DNA from: a virus
Taxonomy: Duplodnaviria; Caudoviricetes
Direction: 5' to 3' (one strand)
DNA length: 63,816 nt
Virus record (IMG/VR): IMGVR_UViG_3300005253_000675
Coordinates: 1-63,816 of that record
Part shown: positions 19,708-28,557 of the stretch, in pieces
Numbering within the stretch: the first letter of the stretch is position 1
Layout of the letters: every line of letters starts with the position of its first letter
Translations under genes and position numbers: made by a program
Notes under the pieces: generated by a model
The model's database searches: none
The model's input: only the letters and a program-made list of their open reading frames with translations
What the model was told of the DNA's origin: nothing

Positions 19708-19787
19708 GTTGCGATCTCCCAGAAGGCCACGCCCAACACGAAGCCCAGCGCCACCGTCAGCCAAAAGTATGCGTTCCAGGATCTCAT
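19704..19787 (-). CDS. Micro membrane peptide (27 aa)
   Basis: MRSWNAYFWLTVALGFVLGVAFW; ATGA coupling. Confidence 0.55.
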   Translation of the reverse strand: MRSWNAYFWLTVALGFVLGVAFWEIAT

Positions 19788-19933
19788 TCGAACACCATCA
19801 CCTTGTGGCACTCCACGTGCCCACGGATGTCTACCTCGCAGCGGTAGGTCACGGTATACCTAAGTTCGACGGGAGAAGAGCAGGCAACTCCCCACAGCAC
19901 AAACCCCAGTATGAGACAGAGTCGCGTAGACAA
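19784..19933 (-). CDS. Small putative lipoprotein (49 aa)
   Basis: AAAGGAGG + TTG; hydrophobic stretch ending GVAC. Confidence 0.5.
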   Translation of the reverse strand: MSTRLCLILGFVLWGVACSSPVELRYTVTYRCEVDIRGHVECHKVMVFE

Positions 19934-19952
19934 GGTGCCTCCTTTAGATAGG

Positions 19953-20438
19953 TTACTCATACCTCTCTCCTAGATCAACCCAGGTCCCGTCCGTCACCTT
20001 GGCGTCACCCCGGTTCGCGAAGATGAGGGCGTCGAGCTCTCGGGCCAGCAGGTTCTTCACGTCCTTCAACGCCATCTGAGCCAGCGTGAGCTCCCGTAGG
20101 TTCTCACGTTGGATGACGTCGGGCACGTACCAGGGAAGCACGAGGACGTCCCTGTCGACGAGGACGACCACGAACCCGCGACCGCCGTCGTCCTCGCACC
20201 AGTCGCGGAGGTGGGCCCGCTGCTCCAGGGTGAGCCCCAGCGTCAGGGGCGTCGCGTCGCGGACCGGCCAGTGCGGCACGTACTTCAGCTCCAGCCAGGC
20301 CATCTGGCCCGGCGGCCGGTAGGCCACGTCGGGGACGCCCGCCCGCGTGCTCGTGCCCACCTTCCAGGCGCGTCGCCCGAAGTGCGTCGAGGTGAGGGCC
20401 GGCTTGACGTGGTTCGCCCAGAACGTCTCCTCGGTCAC
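19953..20438 (-). CDS. PD-(D/E)xK nuclease, VRR-NUC/Holliday junction resolvase-like
   Basis: E..FW, GVPD, WLELK, LT.EQ. Confidence 0.8.
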   Translation of the reverse strand: MTEETFWANHVKPALTSTHFGRRAWKVGTSTRAGVPDVAYRPPGQMAWLELKYVPHWPVRDATPLTLGLTLEQRAHLRDWCEDDGGRGFVVVLVDRDVLVLPWYVPDVIQRENLRELTLAQMALKDVKNLLARELDALIFANRGDAKVTDGTWVDLGERYE

Positions 20439-20523
20439 AGCAGCTCGTCCAGCGTGAGAAGCACGAAGACGACGACCACCCAGACGGCTGCCCCGACCAA
20501 CGCGACCCCAACTATGTTCGCGA

Positions 20524-20970
20524 TCACCTCCGCTCTCCCAAGTAGCCTTGGCTGACCCACTGGCCGTCAACCCAGTCAACCTCTATGGGACCCGGTGGAC
20601 CGCCCCAGCCACCGTCGATCAGCCATGTGCCGCTCTGATAGTCAGAGCGGTTCAAGAACTCACCGACGGTACCCTTCCACATGGGTCCACGGCCCTCTCC
20701 GCGGCGCCAGATCGCCACGCCGACGCCCAGCGTGCCCGTCTCCGCGGCTAGAGTCGTCGGCAACCCGTTCGCCGTCAAGGCCTCTATGATGTTCTTCACC
20801 TCCGCCTCCATCGCGGGGACCGACGTCTCTGGGATCAGCTGAGCCAGCTGGGTCACGAGCGTCTTGGTGGAGTAGCCGTGCCGGGTCAGCGCCGTCAGCA
20901 TCGCGTAGGCCACGACGCCGTCGCCCTCGGTCATCAGGCCGTGCTGAACCATCCGCTCCCAGAGGCTCAT
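20524..20970 (-). CDS. Hypothetical protein
   Basis: Coupled ORF. Confidence 0.65.
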   Translation of the reverse strand: MSLWERMVQHGLMTEGDGVVAYAMLTALTRHGYSTKTLVTQLAQLIPETSVPAMEAEVKNIIEALTANGLPTTLAAETGTLGVGVAIWRRGEGRGPMWKGTVGEFLNRSDYQSGTWLIDGGWGGPPGPIEVDWVDGQWVSQGYLGERR

Positions 20971-21206
20971 CGGCCGGTCGCCTGCCGCATGAGACGCAGG
21001 GCGCTGAGCAGCATCAGCCGCGGGTTGGGCTCGACGCGGTCGAGCTTCATCGTCTCGTTCACGCCTCGCGACGCCCAGCTCAGCTGAAGCCCGCCGCTCT
21101 CGTCGGCGCGGAGCGTCAGCGTGTCGCGCTCCGGGTCAACCAGCAGCGCCTCCAGGTGGTCCATCAGGTCGTCGATCGGGTCGGTCTCCAGCTCGGGGTC
21201 AACCAC
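20967..21206 (-). CDS. Hypothetical protein
   Basis: AAGGAGG RBS. Confidence 0.65.
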   Translation of the reverse strand: MVDPELETDPIDDLMDHLEALLVDPERDTLTLRADESGGLQLSWASRGVNETMKLDRVEPNPRLMLLSALRLMRQATGR

Positions 21207-21220
21207 GTCAGCCTCCTTGG

Positions 21221-21484
21221 TTATGGTCCGGTCTCGTCACAGCCCAGCGGGCAGGTCAGCACGCTGGGGTTCCGGCCGCGGAAGACGAGCTTCGACCCGC
21301 AGTGGTCACAGTCGCCCACCTCGCCCTCCCAGCCCTCGTCCAGGTGGCGCTCCGCCGTGGCCAGGGCCCGCAGCCGCTGGGCCATGCGCCCCAGCTCCTC
21401 GCGGCTCTGGCTGATCACCGCGTCCCGGAGGCCGTCGAGCGCGTCGGCCACCTCGCGGAGCGCCTCGCCCGACGTCTCAGCCAT
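21221..21484 (-). CDS. Small Zn-ribbon protein
   Basis: CDHC..CPLGC. Confidence 0.6.
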   Translation of the reverse strand: MAETSGEALREVADALDGLRDAVISQSREELGRMAQRLRALATAERHLDEGWEGEVGDCDHCGSKLVFRGRNPSVLTCPLGCDETGP

Positions 21485-22076
21485 CGACCGGCCGCTTCAG
21501 CTCGCCCGCGCCCTCGTAGACGCTGGCCACGGCCAGTTCGTAGTTCGCGGAGCCGCAGCTGGGGCAGTAGCCGCCGGCGTGGAGGGCGGGGTCGGCCTCG
21601 TACTTCGTCCGGCAGTGGAGACACAGCCGCAGCTCGGGCTCCTCGGCCTGGGCGCCGGTCCCGGAGCCGAGCACCCTCACCTCCACGCCGCCGGCCCTCA
21701 GGATCGCGACGCCGGCCTCCTCGTCACGGTGCCGTCCCTGGTACCACACGGTCTCGACGTTCCCCTGGTTCACGATCCGCTTGGCGCAGGCGGTACAGGG
21801 GGAGATCGTCGTGAACAGGACCAGGCCGCGCTCCTCGGTCCGGAGCTTGACCAGCGCGTTGTCCTCGGCGTGGAGGCAGCCGCAGTTCCCGGGCTCCTCG
21901 CGATCGCAGGCGTGGGGGCCGCCGCGGTAGTTGCCGTTGTAGCCGATGGAGTAGATCGCGGTCAGCCGGGCGTCGGCGACCACGCAGCCGACCTTGAGAC
22001 GGGCGCACGTAGCCCGGCGGGCCATGAGCCTCGCCACGCACATCATCGTCTCCTCCATCGAGGGGCGGTCGGTCAC
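21477..22076 (-). CDS. dCMP deaminase with C-terminal Zn ribbon
   Basis: C.RLKVG, GYNG, LHAEDNAL, SPCTAC. Confidence 0.93.
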   Translation of the reverse strand: MTDRPSMEETMMCVARLMARRATCARLKVGCVVADARLTAIYSIGYNGNYRGGPHACDREEPGNCGCLHAEDNALVKLRTEERGLVLFTTISPCTACAKRIVNQGNVETVWYQGRHRDEEAGVAILRAGGVEVRVLGSGTGAQAEEPELRLCLHCRTKYEADPALHAGGYCPSCGSANYELAVASVYEGAGELKRPVDG

Positions 22077-22319
22077 GTGAGAGCCCGGATATTCTTCGAT
22101 CGCTGTTCTATCCGCATTATCTCAGTCTGCGCCTCAAGGCAAGCGCGCGAAGATTTTCAAGTTCCTCGGCACGTTCTGGGCTCAGTGCTTCGCCTGGATT
22201 TAGGTAGCGGTCACCGTTGGGATCACGAGCGCGAACGCCAAACCCAAGCCGATGCGTTAGAGGATGCTTGCGTTCTCGGTTGCGTTCCACCAGCGCGCGT
22301 AATTCGTGCTCTTGAAGTC

Positions 22320-22673
22320 TCACAGGTTCATCCTCGTCTTCTTGCCGGTCGGTCGCAGGCGTCGGGTCCACTCCTCGGTCTCCTGGTCGGTGAGCACGTC
22401 GGCCGCCTTCTGGGAGACGCGCTCGAAGTGCTCGGTGTGGGGTCGCAGCCCCAGGGTCTCGCCGCGCACGTAGTGGGCCTTCCACTCGCGCCAGGCCCTC
22501 ACTATCGCCTCGCCGTCTCCAGGGCGCACGGGGAGGCCGCGGAGAGCCTGGTTCACGGTGTGGTAGCTGAGGTCCAGCTTGAGCTTGGCCGCGGCGTTCG
22601 CGGCCGTGCCGAAGAGGGACGTGATCTCGGCCCGCACGGCCTTGGCGATCGCGTAGGTCTTCTGGGTGGTCAC
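22320..22673 (-). CDS. Putative HTH-like regulator, paralogue of 28558-28926
   Basis: LFGT.ANA, ALRG.PV, AWR.WK..YVRG shared between the two. Confidence 0.7.
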   Translation of the reverse strand: MTTQKTYAIAKAVRAEITSLFGTAANAAAKLKLDLSYHTVNQALRGLPVRPGDGEAIVRAWREWKAHYVRGETLGLRPHTEHFERVSQKAADVLTDQETEEWTRRLRPTGKKTRMNL

Positions 22674-22854
22674 GTCGCTTTCTCTCCGGCTATGAGGATC
22701 TTCACGGTCTCGAACAGACGATGCCGTTTACAGAGCGCCCCGTTGCTCCAGCCTGACTCCGGGGCCAGGCACCGGTCGGTGATCTCAGCCGTGCAGCCGG
22801 GAAGGTACCCCTCAAGCGCGATGAGTTCTTCATTTGTGAAGGTCTTTACAAGGC

Positions 22855-23130
22855 TCATTTTTTAGCCTCCTCGTCAGGGGCCCAGTCGGGGCGGCCGATC
22901 TCCAGCTGGATCGGCTGCATGGGCTGGCCGAAGCACATGAGGGTCAGGTAGACGTCCTCGCCCGCGGCGATCTCGGCCCGCTCGGCGTCGTCCAGCTTCC
23001 AGCGGGTCATGGTGCCCACCGTGCCGTCGCTGTACTCCACCACGGCCACGCAGCAGGTGAGGTACTCCGGCTGCTCCTCGGCCATCATGATCTCGCGGCA
23101 GCCGACCCTAGGCGCAACGGCCCTAGGCAT
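22855..23130 (-). CDS. Hypothetical phage protein
   Basis: Q.EY..TRWKL..ER..I..QP; start uncertain. Confidence 0.65.
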   Translation of the reverse strand: MPRAVAPRVGCREIMMAEEQPEYLTCCVAVVEYSDGTVGTMTRWKLDDAERAEIAAGEDVYLTLMCFGQPMQPIQLEIGRPDWAPDEEAKK

Positions 23131-23437
23131 CTTTTTCCCAGGCCAGGACCATTGCTATGCCCATATCCGGGTCAAGTGGGTGATCTGGGATTTCTATGAG
23201 GATCCCGCGCCTGATCATCTCGTCCCGGATGTCGAGACCAAATGGGCCCTCGCTGGCGTCAGCGCGCCGACAGACCCACGCCAGCGCCTCTTGGTACCCG
23301 AGGAAGATCTCGCTGGCGTCGTCGCCCGGCGGGTAGGCGTAGGCTCGGGCGTAGCTGCCCTGCCGGATCAGCACGTAGTCAGGGAACTCGTCGCCCTCGT
23401 CCTGGGGGATCTCCAAGATCAGCGGGGGCTTAGACAT
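23123..23437 (-). CDS. Hypothetical protein
   Basis: Coupled ORF. Confidence 0.6.
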   Translation of the reverse strand: MSKPPLILEIPQDEGDEFPDYVLIRQGSYARAYAYPPGDDASEIFLGYQEALAWVCRRADASEGPFGLDIRDEMIRRGILIEIPDHPLDPDMGIAMVLAWEKDA

Positions 23438-23693
23438 CGGCGTCGCCCACGTAGTGCTGCTCCCGGACGTGGAACGGCCAGTCCTTCTCCTGGCGGCTGA
23501 GCGCCATCGCGGTGAGCCACGAGAGGTTGAGCACGGTGTGGCCCTCAAGGAGCGGGAGCCGCTCGACGTCGTGGGTCTCGAACGGCTCGCCCACGTCGTT
23601 GTGCGAGGCCAGGTGGGCGATCGCCCCGTCGTCCAGCTCCAGGTCCAGCTCGTGGAGGCGCTCGTTCAGCTTCCCCGTCGTCATGCGGCTCAT
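23430..23693 (-). CDS. Hypothetical protein
   Basis: ATGA coupling. Confidence 0.6.
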   Translation of the reverse strand: MSRMTTGKLNERLHELDLELDDGAIAHLASHNDVGEPFETHDVERLPLLEGHTVLNLSWLTAMALSRQEKDWPFHVREQHYVGDADV

Positions 23694-23950
23694 CCTCGGA
23701 ACCGCCCGGTCTCGAAGCTGCGGACCGTCACCGGCATGTGGCCCGCGCAGGGCTCGCCATGCTCGACGGCCTTCCGGTTACACGGCCGGCCGCTCCGTCG
23801 ATCGATCACGCCACAGCGCTCGTAGGCGTGGTCCTTGGAGTGGCGGTGACAGAAGAGGGGGTCGGCGTCGATCACGCGGTTCTGGCACCGGCGCCTGTGG
23901 AACGTCTGGGCGGTGCAGCGGGAGTTCTGTCCCTGGGGGTTCATCGTCAC
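23690..23950 (-). CDS. Tandem C3H Zn-finger protein
   Basis: Two C..C..CxxH units. Confidence 0.6.
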   Translation of the reverse strand: MTMNPQGQNSRCTAQTFHRRRCQNRVIDADPLFCHRHSKDHAYERCGVIDRRSGRPCNRKAVEHGEPCAGHMPVTVRSFETGRFRG

Positions 23951-24156
23951 TCGTCCCTGAAGATGCGGGAGGTGACCTGCTCGATCCCGATCTGGGCGGC
24001 CTCGCCGTTGCCCATGTTTCCCCGCCAGACCCGCATGGCGACGTCCACGGCCTCCTGGCGGGCCTCCGGCGTCAGCCGCCGGCCCACCGGGTCACGGTCC
24101 ACGTTCTGCTCGATCACGGCCCGGTTGCCGGGCAGGTGTCGGTGCGTCATGTTCAT
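23947..24156 (-). CDS. Hypothetical protein
   Basis: AGACAGGAGAC leader before the ATG. Confidence 0.6.
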   Translation of the reverse strand: MNMTHRHLPGNRAVIEQNVDRDPVGRRLTPEARQEAVDVAMRVWRGNMGNGEAAQIGIEQVTSRIFRDE

Positions 24157-24492
24157 GTCTCCTGTCTGGAGGTGTAGTTGCGGTGGTTCTTGGCCCGGGC
24201 CCGCGAGGCTCGGTGCCGGCTCTTGTCCCGGAGGGCCTCGCGCTCCTCCAGGGTGATCTCGTACGACGTGCCGGCGGCGCGGTTCCAGGTCCAGAGCCGG
24301 CCGCAACGACGTCGGTGCTCCAACCTCGCCAGGCCCTTCATTCGTCGATACCTGGACGCCAGTCAAAGTGCTTGGCGGCCTCACGCAGCCTGTTTGCGTG
24401 CTCGGGTTCGTGGTCCCGGTCAGCTTTGTCGGCTTCCCTAATGAGTTCCTCCTGCTTGATTTCGCGCTGGTGCCGTTTGATCGTAATGTGTT

Positions 24493-24690
24493 TCATAGGG
24501 AGCTTGGGACAGATAATGCGTCATCATCACGTGAACGCGCCCTGAGCTGACGGTAGGTGCTCCGTCGCGTGAGGCCGTACAGCACCACCCGGGACAGGAA
24601 CTCGGGGTCGGTCCGCTGGACCTCCTCGGCCTGCCTGGCGATGTCGTGCGGCAGCCTCACCTCGAGGCTGATCGTCCTGGTCTCCCACAT
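24493..24690 (-). CDS. Small ribbon-helix-helix-like protein
   Basis: TISLEVRLPHDIA pattern (beta strand followed by helices). Confidence 0.6.
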   Translation of the reverse strand: MWETRTISLEVRLPHDIARQAEEVQRTDPEFLSRVVLYGLTRRSTYRQLRARSRDDDALSVPSSL

Positions 24691-24691
24691 G

Positions 24692-25405
24692 TCAAGCCTC
24701 CTCTCGCGCTCGGTTGAGCGTGTCCTCCGCGAACTGCGCGGGCTCCTCGACCTCGTGGTTCGAGATCTTCTCTAGCGCCTCTCGGTACCTCTTGAGAGGT
24801 CCGTCACCCGGCCTCACCCCGTCGAGAGCGGTGCGGGCGATCTCGGCGATTGCCGGGATCTTCGTGTTCTCGTGTGCGCCACCCTTGATAACGCTCTCGA
24901 TGGCTTCCAGAGCCTCACGCAGCTTGGCTTCCGTCGGACCAGAGGCACGAATGAACGCCGCCTCAGCCTCCCGCAGCCCATCGTCTAGCTGCTCGCGGCT
25001 ATGATCCGCGTCGATCAGCCCCGTGGCATCGCCACGTCTGTGCACCTCACAAATCCCAGCGCCACTCCCAGCAAACCGTACGCACTGCCGTCCAGTTTCC
25101 CGCGATACAGCCTTGCACCTCACCACATTTTCCCGCAGCCCATCGCTGGGCGCTGGTGGGCGGGTGAAACGACGGTCCCCCTTGCGTTTATCATTCGGCC
25201 CACAGTTGCATGGACGTGGGGGCCATTCGTGGGGCACCCCGTCGCGACACGTTGTCGGTTCACCCGTCACGCCATTGCGGTCCCAACCTTTTTTGACGGA
25301 ACAGCCAGAGCACAAATCCAACTCATTCGAACGACACCAGCTTGTGTGTTCACTCTCTCGCTCCCCACCAATGACCGGATCAGGGGCTGGTTTTTTAGTT
25401 GCCAT
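24692..25405 (-). CDS. Mosaic Cys-rich hypothetical protein
   Basis: Zn-finger-like modules and repeated (L/Y)REALE.I. Confidence 0.6.
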   Translation of the reverse strand: MATKKPAPDPVIGGERESEHTSWCRSNELDLCSGCSVKKGWDRNGVTGEPTTCRDGVPHEWPPRPCNCGPNDKRKGDRRFTRPPAPSDGLRENVVRCKAVSRETGRQCVRFAGSGAGICEVHRRGDATGLIDADHSREQLDDGLREAEAAFIRASGPTEAKLREALEAIESVIKGGAHENTKIPAIAEIARTALDGVRPGDGPLKRYREALEKISNHEVEEPAQFAEDTLNRAREEA

Positions 25406-25940
25406 ATCTACTCACTTCGATTCCCATTCCGCTTTTGGTATCTAGTTGGATGCCTTCGTCGTTCGTTGGTCCGGCCCAAGTGATTTCATGGACGCCGCCC
25501 GCCATCCGCTGCACGACAACCAAGGCGAGGTCTGCTACCGCATCGGGTATGGGCTCTGCGCCGTAACTATCCCAATCCTTCTTCAAGCTGCGGAAATGCA
25601 CGATACGCTTCACCACATCAGTTTCTAGCTGGATGGGCTTCTCGGGCTCTCCCCGCTCCTCGGTGGCTGCCTTGGCGTCGGCCTTGGCCTTGGCTCTTAA
25701 TACACCGACATTGTGTGGATCAAACGAGCCCCTACATGATGTCCCAGTGTGGGGAGCCTCAAGGATGCATCCCAGTTCACATTTCTTCTCCCCCCCACCG
25801 CTTGTATCGCTTTCGGTGGCTGCTGGGGGCTTGGGATCAATCCTGGGCATCCACCGGTGACCGCACACTCCACACTGTTTGCCGTAGCCGCCGAATTTCA
25901 CGAGTGTACTGTCGCAGGTACCGCATCGCTCACCCATCAT
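25395..25940 (-). CDS. Mosaic hypothetical protein
   Basis: CGTC..CGVC; DWDSYGAEPI module; lower GC. Confidence 0.6.
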   Translation of the reverse strand: MMGERCGTCDSTLVKFGGYGKQCGVCGHRWMPRIDPKPPAATESDTSGGGEKKCELGCILEAPHTGTSCRGSFDPHNVGVLRAKAKADAKAATEERGEPEKPIQLETDVVKRIVHFRSLKKDWDSYGAEPIPDAVADLALVVVQRMAGGVHEITWAGPTNDEGIQLDTKSGMGIEVSRYGN

Positions 25941-26060
25941 CCTGGCTCCTGCTCGGTGGGGGTGCCAAGTAATGTTTGGGTCTTGGGCTCTCGCTCACCC
26001 AACGGCGGACCCACATATAGCTTGCCATTCCATATCCTAAGGTAAAGCGTAAATACGACC

Positions 26061-26837
26061 TTACACATCTGGCTTCTCCTCCTGCGCTGGGGGCTCGGTA
26101 ATGAGCGGTTCATTCCACTCCAACATCAGACTCTTGTTGTAATGGCTGCCCTCATGTCCAGCTTTTCGAGTGCAGACTACGGGACACGCCTCGACCTTTC
26201 GGTCTATCGCTTCGCACTGTACTGTGGGCATTTCATGTTCTATTCGGGCTATATACTTAAGCATCCCCTCGAACCATGCCTGATCAACAGCGTTGCCCCT
26301 GGCCCTAGCGGCTTCCACATCTTCCCGGGCTTCTCGCTTCATCCTTTGCCAGTGTGTCTCGTCCACTTCTGTTGGGGGCTCGGCGGTGAGGGCGGCGCGG
26401 GCTTCGCAGTTATGGCATCCACATGGAGGATCACAGGCGTAATTTGCGAAGGGCTTCAGTGCCTTGCGCAACCTCGCCGCTCGCGCTCCCTCCAGCTCAT
26501 CCCTGGCTGTGGCGCAGAATGGGCACTCAATGTTGCCATCGTCCACTGAATAATGCTGCCCGCATACCTCACAGCTACGAGGACCCATGTCCCCCACAGG
26601 TCCAGCCTTCTCCTCATCCCCGGCTGTGGCTGATGGGTAAATGAGCAGGTGCCCCATCTCTGTGTTGAACCACCGCGCAAACTCTCTCGCGGCCTCCTCT
26701 ACCTCTACCCCGTCCGCGAAAACGAACCTGCCGTCGGCGGTGATGCGAAACATTTCCTCGCCCTCATTGGGATGAAATACGAGGGGGTGAGGCTCGGATT
26801 GCGACATTTTCATTTTTATCGGTGTGCGCTCACTCAT
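26061..26837 (-). CDS. Mosaic hypothetical protein
   Basis: Several small modules joined by EPP linkers; lower GC. Confidence 0.6.
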   Translation of the reverse strand: MSERTPIKMKMSQSEPHPLVFHPNEGEEMFRITADGRFVFADGVEVEEAAREFARWFNTEMGHLLIYPSATAGDEEKAGPVGDMGPRSCEVCGQHYSVDDGNIECPFCATARDELEGARAARLRKALKPFANYACDPPCGCHNCEARAALTAEPPTEVDETHWQRMKREAREDVEAARARGNAVDQAWFEGMLKYIARIEHEMPTVQCEAIDRKVEACPVVCTRKAGHEGSHYNKSLMLEWNEPLITEPPAQEEKPDV

Positions 26838-27084
26838 CGGCTTTGGGCTCCTGGGGAGAGAGACGTTTGACCCACGCCTCATCGAACGCGGCCATCGCTT
26901 CTGCGGGCGAATCTCCGAAACCCGCAACGCCGTCTTGGAGATTCTCACCGTAGAGTGCGCACCACTGATCGCCGTCGATGCTCAGACTTGGACGGAAGAT
27001 GGTGCTGGGACAGACCGCTACGTTCGCGGCATCTAGCCGCCTGTCTGCTGAGGCGTTGTCGATGTCATCGCTGTAGGCTGTCAT
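26830..27084 (-). CDS. Conserved phage hypothetical protein
   Basis: DGDQWCALYGENLQDGVAGFGDSP. Confidence 0.7.
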   Translation of the reverse strand: MTAYSDDIDNASADRRLDAANVAVCPSTIFRPSLSIDGDQWCALYGENLQDGVAGFGDSPAEAMAAFDEAWVKRLSPQEPKADE

Positions 27085-27148
27085 TCCTGTTTCTCTTCCT
27101 GCGCTGGGGCCTCACGGTTATACTTGCCCTTCCAATTACACAGCCGCT

Positions 27149-27364
27149 CTACCTCCATGGTCGAGACGACCCGGCCTTCGCGTGACCGGGCAGCTTGCCC
27201 TGCGAGCTAAGATGGCCCGACAGGCCACGCGCCGAGGGGAAGCCCTGGCCGCAGGTGCACCAGGCCACCCGGGGAAGGGCCGCGTACCAGCACGGTAGAC
27301 AGCGGCCAGCTGCCCCGGGGAAGTCGGCCGACGGCCGCTTTCCGCAGGTCCGGCAGGAGCTCAC
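27149..27364 (-). CDS. Small Zn-finger protein
   Basis: CRTC, CLPC, CTCG..F....L.GH. Confidence 0.5.
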   Translation of the reverse strand: MSSCRTCGKRPSADFPGAAGRCLPCWYAALPRVAWCTCGQGFPSARGLSGHLSSQGKLPGHAKAGSSRPWR

Positions 27365-28266
27365 GAGGCCACCTTGAACCGGCGCCGCAGGTTCTGGCCG
27401 TCGGTGCGTCGGGCCTCGTGGTACCGGCCGAACTCGCAGAGGCAGTTCTCCACGTCGGAGCGGTCCAGGTAGACGTAGTCGAGCGCGCCGTGGTCCCAGC
27501 TGGGCATCCGGCCCTCGAGGAACCGGTCCTGGCGGCCGCGGAGCCAGACGAGGCGCTCATTGTAGCCCGCCTCGCCGGGGCCGCGGTCGGGCGCGTTGTC
27601 GACGAGGTCCATCCCCCGCCGCGCGCCGGGCCCGAGCAGGGCGTACCCGTCGTTGGAGTGCGGCAGGTTTAACCCGTTCTCCGGGTAGCTGAGGTCCAGG
27701 CAGGTCTGGTAGGCGACGAAGGGGCCGATCCCCTGGAACTCACGTAGGAGCCGGAGCAGCTGACGCCGGTCCAGGAGCGTCCAGTCAGGCGCCTCGTCCT
27801 GGCGACGAGCGGCCAGCTCCGCCGCGGCCCGGGCCCAGAGCGTCGGCCAGCTGTCCCGCTTGGGGCCCGGGATGCCGGCGTTCCCGAGGAGGTACGCGCC
27901 CGTGTACGGATGGCCGGGGCCGAAGTCCGCCATCCGGGCCCTGACGTCATCCGCGTTCGAGAGACCGGCCTCGTCGATCGTCAGCCACCCCACGTGCGCC
28001 TTCGAGTCCTCGCGCAGCCCCTGGCGATACGCCAGGACGTTCAGGAGCACCTCGTCGTTCGACGCGTCTAGGTCGAGGCGGCCCTCGGCGACGTGGTCCA
28101 CCAGCCAGGCCGTCCCGGGGTCGAGCCGCCGGTAGACGTTCGTGAACCGGTAGGCGCGGAGGTACGGGTCGTCGGTCCACGGCGACGGCCGGCCCTCGAC
28201 GTGGCGGGCGTACCAGATCCGGTGTCGCTCCCGGACCCAGTGCCAGAACAGCTTCTCGTTGGTCAC
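27361..28266 (-). CDS. aGPT-Pplase1 / 5-hmdU DNA kinase helical-domain family base-modification enzyme
   Basis: ERHRIW..R..G.P.PWTDDP.L..YRFTNVYR..D; HhH GIGPFVAYQ..D; GPGA.RG; DVENCLCEF.RY. Confidence 0.9.
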   Translation of the reverse strand: MTNEKLFWHWVRERHRIWYARHVEGRPSPWTDDPYLRAYRFTNVYRRLDPGTAWLVDHVAEGRLDLDASNDEVLLNVLAYRQGLREDSKAHVGWLTIDEAGLSNADDVRARMADFGPGHPYTGAYLLGNAGIPGPKRDSWPTLWARAAAELAARRQDEAPDWTLLDRRQLLRLLREFQGIGPFVAYQTCLDLSYPENGLNLPHSNDGYALLGPGARRGMDLVDNAPDRGPGEAGYNERLVWLRGRQDRFLEGRMPSWDHGALDYVYLDRSDVENCLCEFGRYHEARRTDGQNLRRRFKVAS

Positions 28267-28490
28267 GTCGCCTTCTCCACCGGCATCGTCGCACCGCAGC
28301 ACGTGGACCAGCCCGTCCGCAGGCACGCGGTCACGTCCTCAGCCGACAGCTCCTCGATCCGGTCGCACGTCGGGCAGCGCACGATCATGAGCCCGAGGGC
28401 GTCGGAGATCGTCTCGTGCAGGGTCGCGGCCCGGGTGAGGAGCTCGCTCACCTCCTCTGACCTGACCGCGCCGCCGGCGTCCTTCTCCAC
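28263..28490 (-). CDS. Small Zn-ribbon protein
   Basis: CPTC..GW.TCCG.TM. Confidence 0.6.
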   Translation of the reverse strand: MEKDAGGAVRSEEVSELLTRAATLHETISDALGLMIVRCPTCDRIEELSAEDVTACLRTGWSTCCGATMPVEKAT

Positions 28491-28526
28491 GTCCGTCGTC
28501 CTGTCCTCTGTCTGAGGTGGGCTCAG

Positions 28527-28555
28527 ATGGTAGCTCCCCGCCGGCCGTTTGTACA
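28527..28555 (-). promoter_or_regulatory. Sigma70-type promoter upstream of the kinase-like operon
   Basis: TGTACA-N17-TACCAT, then CAGACAGAGGACAG leader. Confidence 0.6.
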
Positions 28556-28557
28556 AT

